DNA of 64,000 bases from NCBI RefSeq assembly GCF_006345805.1, contig NC_043006.1:82088001-82152000 (forward strand), written 5' to 3'. Below the pieces are notes generated by a model that was not told where the DNA came from, made no database searches, and saw only the letters and a list, made by a program, of their open reading frames with translations. This document shows positions 25,991 through 39,854 of the stretch, piece after piece. A program made the translations under genes and the position numbers. Numbering within the stretch: the stretch's first letter is position 1; every line of letters starts with the position of its first letter. This DNA is from Octopus sinensis. Taxonomy: Eukaryota.

Positions 25991-27050
25991 TCAGAAGTTC
26001 CCAAACTTTTCTATATCCTGCACCCTGAGGAAATGTTCAATAAGTTTTACACCCTCTACAAAACTATATCTGAAGATGAAAAAACCAATTTTCTAATTTT
26101 TTAAAATTGAACCATGATAAATAATCTTTTGACTCAGTGCATAAAATGCAAATATAAATTAAGCTAGTAGGGAAAAAAAACTGAAAACTGTGAAATCAAT
26201 TACAATTGTGAACATAAAATTCAAAGAGTTCTTTGTTCTTGCTTCTCCTTCATGAGTTTATCAAAGCATAGACCTAACATATTAATTGCAATCCACAGAC
26301 CTGCCTGTGGATTCAGGAAATGCCTAGGTTTCTTCTTAACTGTCAAAGGAGAATTGAATCCAGATTCACACAAGAATGTCACTGCCTGTGTAATAAGGAT
26401 ACAGATCTTGGTCATAATCTCTTAACCCCTTGATACCAACCCACCTGAAATCACCCTTGGTTCCACGATACAAACTCCATGTTTTAAAGTGATCTGAATT
26501 AAATTCTTCCATCAAAATTCCATGTTAATTTATGTTCCAAACACCAGTTTAATAAAAGACAAAATTATTTTACTGAATTCTTAATTTTTTTTTCAAAATT
26601 AATTGAAATAAAGGCAGTGTATTTCAACAGAAATATGGATCAATTCTGCATAAGCAGAACAGTAGAGTTCCAGATACACTTAACAGAACAAACTTATTTT
26701 TAAGTGTAACTAATTTTAATCTGAAAAATGATTTCAATGAATCAGATATTTTTCATCTTTGTCAAGCTGAGAAATGCCATCTATAGCATTACCAAGAAGT
26801 ATGACATCCCAAACTGAGAAACTTTTCTAGCTTCAAACTATAACTAGCAAACACAATATAAATTTAGTAATCCTTATTCTGAAAATCCAAAATAAAAGGA
26901 TTGTACAAAGACAAATGTTAATAATAATAAGGAATGAATGGAAAGCAATAACTTCAGAAACAAGATATGCAATCACAAATGAACACAACGCTACAGGAAC
27001 CAATAAAGATTTAGCTTTCAAAATTTCCTTTGTATCAGTCAACTGTATCT
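25991..27050 (-). mobile_element. hAT (Charlie-like) transposase relic, internally deleted, interrupted by a piggyBac MITE (26426-26638)
   Basis: 26221-26400 gives TFLCESGFNSPLTVKKKPRHFLNPQAGLWIAI..DKLMKEKQEQRTL*, resembling the hAT dimerisation C-terminus (TYLCESGFS..K.RNRL); TIR-like CAGAAGTTCCCAAACTTTT at about 25991; N-terminal-like AYLVSEVIA near 26960. Confidence 0.55.
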
Positions 27051-28079
27051 ACAACTTTAATGGATTTACGAAAACATTTGAATGATATTAAGTGAGTACA
27101 CTTTGCTATATATGAATGAAAGTGCATGATAGAGAACTGGTCAGTCTTATTCCTTGCATGGAAAAGCTTTTATCAAGAGGAAATATTTATCGAACACATC
27201 TATCGAACATGTCTATTACATAAACTGCTATTTGTAGTAAAGCCATATCTAGTTTTAAGATGCTTAAAGATATGTAAGAAGGGCATTGTGAATAAATATT
27301 TCCTGTAAGCAATGGCTAGGGTTATAGATACAAAAAGTGAGCCTAACTGGAAAAGGGTACAAGTACAACGAGAAGCTGCAAGTACTGGTATTAAAGTAGT
27401 AAATTTGCTTCCAAATATTTTCGAAGAAATAATAGAAGATTATGGTTACATCATCATCATTTTAAAGTCCACTTTTCTCTGCTTGCAGGGGTTGGACAGA
27501 ATCTATTGAGACAAATTTCCTATAGCCAAATACTCTTTCTGTTGTAAACCCTCAACTGTTTTTGAAGAACTGGATATGTTTTCATGGTTAACTGAAAGCT
27601 AAGGACATTGCCTGCATTGGATAAGGAAACTGTTATTCACAAACAGTGAACACATGTGAAGACATAGGAAAATGTGAACTCATTCAAAAATCCACCAACA
27701 CATATGTGTGTGTGTGTGTGTGTGTGGTGTGTGTGTGTGTGTGTATGGATGTATGTATATGTGCATGTATGTGTATGTATGCATGCATGTATGTATATGT
27801 ATATTGGTGAGTTTGTCCACCGCCATCACTTGACAGTGGATGTTGATTTGTTTCTTACATCCCTGTAACTTAGCAGTTGAATAAAAGAGACTGACAGAAT
27901 AAGTACTAAAATTAGAGATACAACGACTGGGGTTGATTTGTTTGACTGAACCCTTCAAGACAGTGCCTTAAAATAGCCACAGTTCAATGACTGAAATAAA
28001 AAAATAAATAAAAGATAATTTCATGCATGCTCCTAATCATAGGTGTTACACCTTATCTTCCACAATCTTTACAACATCA

Positions 28080-28480
28080 CCATCTGAACATTAAATTAAT
28101 GTTTACGCTGCCAAACACGTTACTTTTGCAATCAAAGGATCAAAGTACTATTGCAACATTTAAAGCTGCTTCTACTTTTGGCACACATTTCATCACTTAA
28201 TAAATGCTATTCAGAAGCATGTAGCTCCAACATGAAAAGAATTTTGAAAAATCATTCAATATTTTGGATGCAGTAAAAAAAAATTTAAATAAGTAGAAAT
28301 AAAAGGAGACTGAGTCAGTAACTTTTTTTTTACAGAAGAAATAAATATATGAAAGACATTTGAAATAAATTCTGTCTTTGATTTATTGATGAGATTTTCA
28401 AGGAATTGAAAGAACCAGCTGAGGTTGTTGGAAATGAAACAGAAATTCTTGACGTTACTAATCAGATATATTTTCTAAGT
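28080..28480 (+). mobile_element. Tigger/pogo DDE transposase relic
   Basis: NIKLMFTLPNTLLLQSKDQSTIATFKA...FNILDAVKK resembles FLPPNTT.LLQPMDQG.IATFKA..FNILDA; several stops. Confidence 0.7.
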
Positions 28481-29461
28481 CAGCTATTCACTTGCTATTA
28501 ATGTGGTAAGATAAATAGGGGAGAAATAACATTTATGTGCTGTTGAGGAGGAGTCTGCAAATCCAGTGCCTAAAATACCCTTTCACCTTTATACCCATAA
28601 ATATTGGAGTAACAAGGATGTGTACCAAACTACCCAGATCAAAGAATGGCTGAACTTAAATGAAATGTCAATGAAAATAACTCCATATTTTATATACTAC
28701 TGACAATAACACAATCTCCTACAATAAAAAAAAAAATCTAACAGATCTTAAAATTCAATGGTGGAGAATGGATGTGAATAGAATTCTAAAAAGAACAAAA
28801 TTCTAAGTTTTCTTTTAAAAAGAAAAAAAAATGATTGTGTACAACTTTACAACCAAACAGGTGGGCAGTCAGTCAGAATAAATTCTAAAACTCTAGTCAG
28901 GAACAGGAAATGTATTCACACACACAAATACACATGCTCACATACACACACCTACACACACACACAGATGTATATACCTGTATAATGATATATGTATATT
29001 CTTTCCTTTTCCTTATTTGTTCAGTCCTCCCCAAACCCTGTCTGCTCCTGCCAACAAGCCATTGCCCCCACCCCTGATCACATGAGCTCCTCTCCAGTCT
29101 TGCAACCAGTAAGCAAGATGTGTGTGTGTGTCTGTGTGTGTGTATATATATATACACACACCCACACACATATATATATAAATATACACGTGCTCTGAAC
29201 CTTTCAATTCATCAGCTTTGGGCTATCTATAATACTGTAGCAGCTGAGCTAAAAATTTGTTTTTGTCCATTATATATAAATGTATATAATATTTGAAGTG
29301 TAATGAATAGTTCAACTGTTGGACTATAGTCTCAAAATAGATGAAAAAAAGAAAAGCAGTCATGGCAGAATAGAAAAACTTCCCTGATAAAAGGTGAAAA
29401 GTAAGAGTGGGGAATAGACAAGTGTACATGATAAAATGGGAGAAAGACAATATGTGTGTGG

Positions 29462-29516
<55 letters not shown>

Positions 29517-29835
29517 GAACGGACAGACGGACAGGCAGACGGACATGGACATACGGGGTGGGCTGTCAGAAGAATGAAGAAGAATACAAGACAAAGGGAT
29601 AAGAAATAATGAGTAAACATGAAAGGAAAAAAAAAGGGTGGAAGAATGAAGAATACCTGATAAAGGAAGAAGAAATAATGAGAAATAGGGAGGGAGGAGA
29701 GGGAGAGAAAAAGAGGGAGAGAGAAAGAGGGAGAGAGAAAGAGGGAGAGAGAATGTATAGAAGATTAAAAGAAAAAGCATTGAACAAATGATATTGGTTT
29801 GTGACAAAGAGGCCTTAACATGTTAACTACCACCT

Positions 29836-30307
29836 GTGGAGGTGCATAGCTTAAGTGGTTGAGTGTTTAACTTATGATAGTAAGATTGTGGTTTCAATTC
29901 CTGGATGAAGCAACACATTGCATTCTTGAGAAGTAGCAGCTAAGACTCCACTTACATCACACCATATCATCATCAACCAAGACAGATTCATTGAAAAATG
30001 TAGTCCAAAATATACTATATCTGAAAGTAAGTTAGGATAGCCATAAATGGAATGCCAATGATTATAGGTCACCTCAATTAGAAGTGACCTGGAGCTAAAC
30101 AACGAAAATAAAGTGCACTTTTATGCATTTGTAAATAAATTTACATGTGCCTGCACCCAGGTGCACTTTATTTCATGTTGCTCCAGTCCACTCAACCGGC
30201 AAAAATGAATTACCTTGCGACAGACCAGTGTCCTGTCCAGGTGGTGAATTTATATGCCATAGAAACAGGGACACTAGCCCTTATCAGTTGGTATGACTAA
30301 AAAAGGT
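29836..30307 (+). mobile_element. SINE family E (tRNA head, V-domain-like core) interrupted by a templated insertion at 29931-30167
   Basis: Head and tail match the intact copy at 51958-52211; the inserted segment duplicates 33426-33663. Confidence 0.75.
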
Positions 30308-30732
30308 AAAATTTTTTTTTTTTACTACCAATGGTTCATCACAAACTTCACACAACTTCCATAAGCACCACCATTGGTATATTTTCAGAATTTGAGAAAA
30401 TATTTTATTCTGTATCTTTGATCCAGTTTCCATGATATTTAAATAACATGAGTGCTAAATATTAAAGTTTAATTATGAAATATTGTAAAAATGCAAAAAA
30501 AAAAAATTACATTTGGCTATCTATAATGCTGCAGCAGGAGTGGCTGTGTGGTAAGTAGCTTGCTTACTAACCACATGATTCCAGGTTCAGTCCCACTGCG
30601 TGGCACCTTGGGTAAGAGTCTTCTACTATAGCCTCAGGCTGACCAAAAGACTTGTGAGTGGATTTGGTAGACGGAAACTGAAAGAAGCCCAGTGTATATA
30701 TGTATATGTATATATATATATATGTGTGTGCT

Positions 30733-31205
30733 GGCGAGCTGGCAGAAACGGTAGCACGTCGGGCGAAATGCGTAGCCGTATTTCGTCTGCCGTTACGTCC
30801 TGAGTTCAAATTCCGCCGAGGTCGACTTTGCCTTTCATCCTTTCGGGGTCGATTAAATAAGTACCAGTTACCCACTGGGGTCGATGTAATCGACTTAATC
30901 CGTTTGTCTGTCCTTGTTTGTCCCCTCTGTGTTTAGCCCCTTGTGGGTAGTAAAGAAATAATATATATGTGTGTGCTGGCGAGCTGGCAGAAACGGTAGC
31001 ACGTCGGGCGAAATGCGTAGCCGTATTTCGTCTGCCGTTACGTCCTGAGTTCAAATTCCGCCGAGGTCGACTTTGCCTTTCATCCTTTCGGGGTCGATTA
31101 AATAAGTACCAGTTACCCACTGGGGTCGATGTAATCGACTTAATCCGTTTGTCTGTCCTTGTTTGTCCCCTCTGTGTTTAGCCCCTTGTGGGTAGTAAAG
31201 AAATA
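30733..31205 (+). mobile_element. Two identical head-to-tail SINE A copies (period 245 bp) nested in SINE B
   Basis: GGCGAGCTGGCAGAA..GAGTTCAAATTCC (A and B boxes), core CCGAGGTCGACTTTGCCTTTCATCCTTTCGGGGTCGATTAAATAAGTACC (Meta-domain-like), tail ..GTGGGTAGTAAAGAAATA; copies at 30733-30960 and 30978-31205. Confidence 0.9.
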
Positions 31206-32369
31206 ATATATATGTGTGTGTGTGTGTGTGTGTGTTTGTGTTTCTGTGTTTGTCCCCCCACCATCGCCTGACAACCAATGTCAGTGTGTTTACATCCCTG
31301 TAACTTAGCAGTTTGGTAAAAGAGACCGATAAATAAGTACTAGGCTTACAAAGAATAAGCCCTGGGGTCGATTTGTTCGACTAAAAGTGGTGCTCCAGCA
31401 TGGCTGCAGTCAAATGACTGAAACAAATAAAAAAATTTCCCTGTAATTAAATAGTATGCAGTGTGACTGCACTAAATATATGGTGTCACCATTAAGTTCT
31501 AATAATAGGCCATGGCATTTAACATGTTAAATAAATGAGAAAGAGAAAGAGAGAGAGAGAGAGAATGAGATCATGTGAAGCTCAAGCTTTACTCAATGTC
31601 ATCCATGGTATTTTGTTTATGGCAAGAGTTCTCACTGTAAATTGAAACCAGGTTACCAATTCAATTCAGAATGTGTTTAAGCCTCCTGCTCAACAGAATC
31701 AACTTGGGTGTTTTAAGATAATTATTTTACAACGAAATCCCTGGAGTTTTATTGAGTTAGTACTTAGGCTTCTGTAATATAGAATAGGGATGGTGAAGAT
31801 AGTGGTGAAAAATAATGTTGATTAGAGTAAGTAATGGGTTTTTCTTTTTCTCTTTTGTCTTTGATATCTTTGTGTTGTACATTCTGTTACATAGCTTTTA
31901 TTACCACATTAGAGCAGCTTTTACTAATACATAACACATATCCCTCTACAACATTCAGGAGTGGAGTAGAGTGAATGAATGTATAGGTGTGAGAATATGT
32001 ATGTAAAACTCTGTGCGTGGGTGGGGGGGTAGCATGCCATAAAGTGGTTGGTGAGAGGGGAAAGCATCCAAGTGTGAAAGGGTGTTGTACAAAACAACAA
32101 ATAAGGTATGCATTTTCCTTTTTCTTTGGTGTATCAGATGATGAAAGACTATCACAGACCCTCTCCACCCCCATGCCAGTGTGGCAAAGCAAACTTCAGA
32201 CACAGACATGATGACAATGATGATGATGATGATGATGACAATGATGAAACTGTCCCCTCATTTTAATGTTGCCTGTTTTAAACAGTAACACAATTGAGTT
32301 TTGTCCTCTATTAGGCTGTGAAAGTTGATATATCTAATAAGGTCCGATATTCAGAACAATACCAACAAT

Positions 32370-32733
32370 CAACAAAGCCCATCCAATATTGAACACCTGT
32401 AATAGAGAAGGCTGGAAGGTGTCTATGAATCTCCTTTTTGGTCTTATGCTCACGCCATGCTAAACCACATAGGGTTTCCCCTTATTGGCTTGTACCTCCC
32501 AAGTTAGTGGCACTTTGACTGCTATGGAAAATTTTCAGTAACATTTCAAGAACCAACAAAGCCTACCCAATATTGAACACCTGTAATAGAGAAGACTGGA
32601 AGGTGTCTATGAATCTCCTTTTTGGTCTTATGCTCATGCCATGCTAAACCACATAGAGTTTCCCCTTATTGGCTTGTACCTCCCAAGTTAGTGGCACTTT
32701 GATTGCTATGGAAAATTTTCAGTAACATTTCAA
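32370..32733. repeat. 184-bp direct tandem duplication
   Basis: 32370-32553 vs 32554-32733 differ at a handful of positions. Confidence 0.95.
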
Positions 32734-34566
32734 TCAAAATTAGCAGTGTCTTTTTTTTTTATTTTCCTTATAGTAAATATAAACAGAGCATTATTAGATT
32801 AGGTAGTGAATCATTCCCCCACCTCATACTCATTCAAAAAGAAAGAAATATGAAGAGATGATGATCGCTAGAAGAATAAGAACAAGGATGAACAACTAAT
32901 ACATTATGCCAACAATGATTTGAATTAATAGCTAAGCTGTCATTTTTCAGACTTAGAAGTTAACACCTTATCATTACTGGTTCCCTGGAGAACCTTATTA
33001 CTGTCTCCAGAGAAGAATGTATAATTCACGGTGAAGATTATTATTGAATATATGATCAGATATGTGGATAGGTTATTTAATTTTTAATTTTATATTTATT
33101 TATTATTTTTTTAATTTTTAAAAAATTTTCTTCAGAAGTAGATAGTTATATTCTATCTGACATATATACACACACATCAACTAGTGAAAGAAGAAAGCTT
33201 CCCAAGTAGTCAACTGACCAGGTAGAAATAGTAATCAAATCTGTCAAATTACATCCTATTGTCTTACGAAATAACATGTTAGATAATGGGGGAAAAGACA
33301 GGGTGGTCATAGATGGAAATCCTTTGATCATAGGTTTGCTCAATCATGGATGACCTGGAAATTACAGCAACAACAACACAAACATGTATGAGTCAAAGAC
33401 TCTTAGTAGTCAAATAACTTGCTAGAAGTAGCAGCTAAGACTCCCCTTAAATTACATCATATCATCATCAACCAAGACAGATTCATTGAAAAATGTAGTC
33501 CAAAATATACTATATCTGAAAAGTAAATTAGGATGGCCATGAATGGAATGCCAATGATTATAGGTCACCTCAATTAGAAGTGATTTGGTGCTAAAGAACA
33601 ACAATAAAGTGCACTTTTATGTATTTGTAAACACATTTACATGTGCCTGCACCCAGGTACACTCAAATGCACACACACAAACCTGATCAAATGAGAAAGC
33701 CACTACATGGTCACTAACCAACTAGAAATAGTAGCCAAAATCTCCTTCATACTACAAAGCACCAGCTGAAAAACAATTCATGCTCACACATATTTATGCA
33801 CATATACTTTTGTTTACAGGCTTACACCTATACATACAAGCAAAGATGCACATGCACACAAACACACATATATATGAGTCTATGAGAAAGCTTTAAAGTG
33901 ACTTCTTGACATGTGAGAAATAGCAGTCAAATCTTTAGAAAGATGTGCTGTGTTATTAACAAAGGCAAATCTCAAAAACTAATGATCTCAACAAATGATA
34001 AATTAGGCCCCACGGGGAGCAGCATTTCAACATTGTAAGCAGTAGAAGAACAAAGGGATTCCATCAAAACTGAGGGAACTCTGCCAGCATTATTAAATCA
34101 TCATCATTACCATCATTATACTCTTTTAAAATCTATCTTCCATTTTGGCATGGATTGGATGGTTTGTCAGAAGTTGAGAGGTCAGAGAACTGCACTGTGC
34201 CCCAATGGCTACTCTGGTGTGGTTTCTCCATCACCAGCAACTTTACAGAGTGCTGGATGGTTTTTATGTGGTACCAGCACAAGTGAGATCACCATGCAAC
34301 TTGCAAGACTAAAATTCCTTTGAAATGAGAGATACTGCAGTAAAGAAAGGTTAATATATGAAAGAAGGGGCAAAAATGGGAGAGGTTTCTTGCATTCTAC
34401 AAGAGTGGGCCACGGGGATAAAAGAACAGGAAGGGTGGCTGTGTAGATGTTTCGAGAATGCATGGGGAAAGTGAGAGATGGTTAGAGTTGGAAGGAGTGG
34501 TATAAAATGTATAGAGAAAAGTGATTAAAATATTCTAGAGTTTGATCAAAGAGGTAACACTTTTAA

Positions 34567-34779
34567 CCCTTTCATTACCAACCCGGCTGAAACCGGCTCT
34601 GCCTCTGAGTTCAAATATCATAAGTTTTGAATTAAAATCTTCCACCAAACCTTAGTCACAATTTATGTTCCTAACACTAGCTGAATGATAACTTAAGTTA
34701 TTTTACTAAATTCTTTGTTATATATAAAGTAATTGAAAGAAACACAGAGCATCTCAAAATAAATACAGTAACGAAAGGG
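34567..34779 (+). mobile_element. piggyBac-type MITE, complete
   Basis: TTAA|CCCTTTCATTAC ... GTAACGAAAGGG|TTAA. Confidence 0.9.
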
Positions 34780-36368
34780 TTAAGATGGTAATTCACACAA
34801 ACAGGAAAAATGTTCAGGCTCTTAATGAGCATACAGCTATTCCAACAAATAGCAATATGTTTCTGAAAAAAATCCTTTCTATTATATAAGTAAAAGGCTT
34901 GAAATTTTGAGGGAGGGAACTAGTTGATTACATCAACCCTAGTGCTTGATTAATACTTAATTTATTGATTCCACAACAATGAGGTAAAGCTGACCTTGCC
35001 AAAATTTGGCAGATGTGATGCTGCTAAGCATTTTGCTTGGCATGGTAACGACTTTTACTGAAAGAAAAATGTAGAAACAATCCAAATAGAAATATAAATA
35101 ACCAAAACAGAAACATCTAAAATAGGGACTGAAAGCACAAGCAACTTTACAATAATAGGGGCCTTGAGAACGATAAAAAAAAAAAAAAAAAAGCTGGGTA
35201 GTGGTGCAGGGCAGATAAACAGATAGCAAAAACCCTGGGACTTCTAGGTTCTGCATACTTATTTCTTAGACTACTTTCATTAAATACAATACAAAAAATA
35301 CAAAAAAACTAAACAAAATATTGCATGTAGCCTTAGTACACACAGCTGCACTTGGTGTTGTTGTGAAAGCATGCAACAAAAATCAAAAACGCTGCTGAAA
35401 TAATAATAATTATTTGTATTCTATAAATCACCGTGTTTTGTATTGTTTTTCTTAGTCATGCTTGATCCGCTAGTGAACATATGTGTCCATACAGTTACCC
35501 TAATGACCAGCTACAAATTGTGACAAATCTGCAAGAACTAGTTTTGTGGCAGCATCTGTTGGTTGCAATGATCTATTTATGGCTACATCCATCTCAGAAT
35601 GCCTGGCTCATAACTCATGCATCACGCATTGCTAATTCATGTCAGGTTTGTCTCTGGCTCCAATTAAGTCCTGCCAAATCAAAGCTGATCAAATTATATT
35701 CAAAACATCAAGACATTTATTCCAACACTGTAGTTATAATGAACAAGAAAAATTTTTAAAAAGAGAAGGAAAAAAAGCTTTTAATAAGAGCTAGATCAAA
35801 AGAAAAACATAAAAAATACCAACTCAACTGTATCATACGAATTCTACAAATATCTAAACATGGTTTAAGTCTTCCAATTTAAATTCCATAGTTATTATTA
35901 TTATTATGGTTACTACCATAATAACAGTAATCCTATCTACTATAGGTACAAGGCCTGAAATTTGTGGGAAGGGGACCACTTGATCACATTGACCCCAGTG
36001 TTTCACTGGTACTTAATTTAATGACCCCAAAAGGATGAAAGGCAAAGTCAATCCTAGCGGCATTTGAACTCAGAACGTAAAGTCAGATGAAATACCACAA
36101 AGTATTTTGCCCAGTGTACTAATGATTCAACCAGATCACAACCTTTATAATAATAACAATTATTTCTACTTTAAGCACAAGGCCTAGAAAATTTTTTTGG
36201 TGGGGAAAGGGGACAGTTGATTACATCAACCCCCAATGCATAACTGGTTCTTATTTCATCGACCTCGAAAGGATGAAAGGCAGAATTTAAACTCAGAATG
36301 TATCAGCGGATGAAATACCACTAAGCATTTCGCCCAGAGTGCTAACGATTCTGCCAATTCGTAGCCTT

Positions 36369-36418
<50 letters not shown>

Positions 36419-37409
36419 TGATGATGACGGTGGTTTCAAATTTTGGCACAAGGCCAGCAATTTTGGGGGAAGGGATAAGTCGATTACATTAATTTCAGTG
36501 CTTGGCTGGTTCTTACTTTATCAACCCAAAAGGATGAAAGGCAAAGCTAACCTCAGCAGAATCTGAACTCAGAACATAGGGACAGACAAAATGCTGCTAA
36601 GCATTTCATTATCAGTATCATCATTGTCATCATCATCATTTTTTAAATTTGATTATCTTAATTATTCTTATCAACGTTTTTTTTTTTGTTTTTTGGGGTT
36701 TTTCTTAGGGAAAATTTGTGTTGTGCCCAGGACCATAGCAGGCTCCCCTAAGACTAGTGAGGTCGATGCCGCTTAATGTTGCCGAGCATAATATGGATAT
36801 TATAGCACTAATAAATGATTAAAGCAATTATATCGATTTGCAGTCGGTGGGGAGACAATATTATTGATTAATCGATAACTTATAATACAATTATCGCTTG
36901 CAATAGTCTCATACAAAAGATAAACAAAAGTGAGTAGTAATGAAATAAAAAATTCGACACTTTGCTTTTTAAATAATTCCATTATTAAGGCAAATAATTA
37001 TTGAAGTGGGAACGAAAGTAATGAAAGTGTTGCACTGTTCAACATATCTACATATCGATATGATGTCTCAGTGGTTTTGCTCAAGAGAAAGAAATCATAA
37101 AATATCAAACAGTTGTTAGAAAATCGATTACAATGTCACTTGTACTGAAGCACCCCTTTGTAACTTTATGTGGTTACAGCTACAATTATTGTTCTTTAGT
37201 GCCAAGTCAGCTCTGATGAAGCTGTCAATGATCAAAGGCATTCAAACAATAACCTTTTGTTTTCCTTCCAGACAGTGTTTCTCAGACAACATTCTTCTAA
37301 GAGACCACATGCTTCTTGAGTTTCTCTCTCTCTCGAAATACATCCTGACCTTTGGAAACCTACTACAATATATCCTATTTCCAAAATAAGCAACACTTCT
37401 GATCCTGCC

Positions 37410-38460
37410 AAACTACTGTTTTAATCACACTTCTTCCAGCATCTCAAAGGTGATGAAGATGACCGTTAACAACAACTTATCCAAATATTTCAATCTCTCT
37501 TCTTCCATAATCACCACTGGTATAAATTTCATAATGGCGGTGAGCTGACAGAAAGGGTAGCACGCCGGGCGAGATGCTTAGCGGTATTTCGTCTGCCGTT
37601 ATGTTGTGAGTTCAAATTCTGCCGAGGTCAACTTTGCCTTTCATCCTTTCGGGGTCGATAAATTAAGTACCAGTTACGCACTGGAGGCGATGTAATCTAC
37701 TTAATACCTATGTCTGTCCTTGTTTGTCCCCTCTACGTTTAGCCCCTTGTGGGTAATAAAGAAATAGGTATAAATTCCATACAGCTAAGTCTACTAAAGA
37801 TCTGCACAACAATATCATTCTCCAGTGGACTCTTACCCTTAAGAAATTTGATGAAACATCAGCAAAGTCTTCAACCAGTTTCTGCCAGATGAATTTTCTG
37901 TCAAAACTACCAACCTGTGAGCTCTGTTTATCAATATGAATTGGTGGCTTCTTGTCAGATTGAACTGTCACAGAATTTCCTGATGAAGCTCTCTCTGATA
38001 CATACTACAATAAGCCCTACAGTTTGGTTTTATCCCTCACACTTTTCTATCTATAAAACTATGACCTACATGCCATCAAGTTACAACACTCACTCCAATA
38101 TAGAATATTCTCTCCCAAACTGCTACACCCAAGCATCATCCACATGCAATATAGATATCTCATACTAAAAAGGCATTGATTGCATAAACAAAAAACTAGA
38201 AAATTTCTTCCAAAGGGTTATGCAAATCTAGTTTTCTCAACAGAAATTACCATTTCTGTATGCATCAAGAAAACATAATGGCACTTTATCCTGATACAAC
38301 TAAAACCTTCATGATCACTTCTAATACTAGACCTCACCATCATCTCTCTTGCAGGATGCACATCTTTGACATAGCAAAGACTGTTTCTCAAAGGCTGGAT
38401 TTTCTCTTCAGATCCAGCAAAAGCTTTGTCCTCTGTCAGCTACTAACAATATAATGTTGG
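37410..38460 (+). mobile_element. CR1/Jockey-group LINE RT relic split by a SINE A insertion
   Basis: SISKVMKMTVNNNLSKYF...FLSD*TVT..LSDTY..and HIFDIAKTVSQRLDFLFRSSKSF..QLLTI; heavily decayed. Confidence 0.65.
37534..37766 (+). mobile_element. SINE A with 15-bp TSD
   Basis: TSD GGTATAAATT(T/C)CATA at 37519-37533 and 37767-37781. Confidence 0.9.
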
Positions 38461-39510
38461 TAGAGTGGATATGAGCTCACAATGCATTAGTTATGAGCTA
38501 GGCAAGCATATAAAGTGTGTAGCACACACTCTGAGGAGCAGTTAATTTTTACTGTCTTCATACTTTTTTAGATATCTGCAACAGCTAATGATTTGCAAGT
38601 CTAAGGCTCTGGATCAGGCAGTGAATGTAAAGCTACATAAACAACAGTGACTCCAAAATTATGATGCCAGAATCGAGTCAAAAAATGTGACACTAGCAGT
38701 AAATATAAAAGGAATGATCTTCTCTTTTAGACTTCCTCTTGATGACCTTTCATCAAAAGGGCGACCCCAACAGCAAAATCAACTGCTAAAATTTTATATA
38801 AAAGAAATTTAATAGAATAGCCTTTCCTATTAACACTAAGGCATCTTCAAAGTAAATGAGTTAAAATAAGTAATGATAAAAAATGTTTGCCCAAGGTTCT
38901 GCATAGAACTTCATAACTACAAAGTGATGTACTTTATTGAGCCATACCTCTACATATTTCATGAATCTACATACACACACAACCACGCATCTCTCTCTCT
39001 CTCTTTCTCTTTCTCTCTGTAGATAGATATAAATACAAAAAAACTCATACATATTTGATATGGTAGTAAAATCTTTTAACAGCTCTGTGAACAAGGCTAG
39101 TGCTATAACCTTTTGATAAAGCCAGTTGCATGCTATCATCACATAAAGCAAAACTACCTTCAACAATCAACACAAATTCTTCTTTTGACAAATCATTGAG
39201 CTTGATTTTATCCTATGTAAAAACATCTGCATTTGTCACGTCAACTGTGTGCGCATGCACCATACACTGCAAACTTGAGATGACACTGCTTATGATGAGG
39301 CAGATCTATCTTGCAAAGTTCTCTTATGGATAACAAAAAGAATGGGATAGTCTATGTTAATTCTATTGAATATAAATGGGAAAGAGATAGCCAGCCAAAA
39401 GTGAGTGATGGTTAGTTTCCAAGTAGATAGCAGCTGACAGATAGAAAATAGGATAACTTTAATGTTATGTCCTTCAATAGTGACTAAGATTAGTCACCTA
39501 AAGTTTAGAT

Positions 39511-39854
39511 CAGGACTGGCCAACCTGACGCCCGCTGGACGCATGAGGCCCACAGACTTTTATCTTGCGGCCCACTTGATACTTTTTAGAAGTATTGAGT
39601 TCAATTTCAAAATAAAATTGTTTATGTTTTTACATTTGTGTGTTTACATTTGTTTCGAGGTAAATTTAAAATTTATAAGTGGCAATGAAGTAATAGCCTA
39701 TAATTTTATAATTTTAAACAAATGAAAAGTATGAAAATTTCTTGATTCTGTAATTTGATTATTTGACTATTAGTGCATAAAGTATACAAGCGGCCCTCAA
39801 AAAGCTTTCTGTGATTAAAGTTGCCCGCAATGTAATTTGAGTTGGTCAGGCCTG
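39511..39854. mobile_element. hAT (Charlie-like) MITE, complete
   Basis: TIRs CAGGACTGGCCAAC / GTTGGTCAGGCCTG; perfect 8-bp TSD GTTTAGAT at 39503-39510 and 39855-39862. Confidence 0.9.

Noticed and set aside
35481-35759. 92-aa ORF in non-repetitive sequence
   Set aside because: No recognisable domain; length is within chance expectation over 64 kb and six frames.
38460-38790. Possible inverted continuation of the CR1-like relic
   Set aside because: Translation similarity too weak to assert an inversion.
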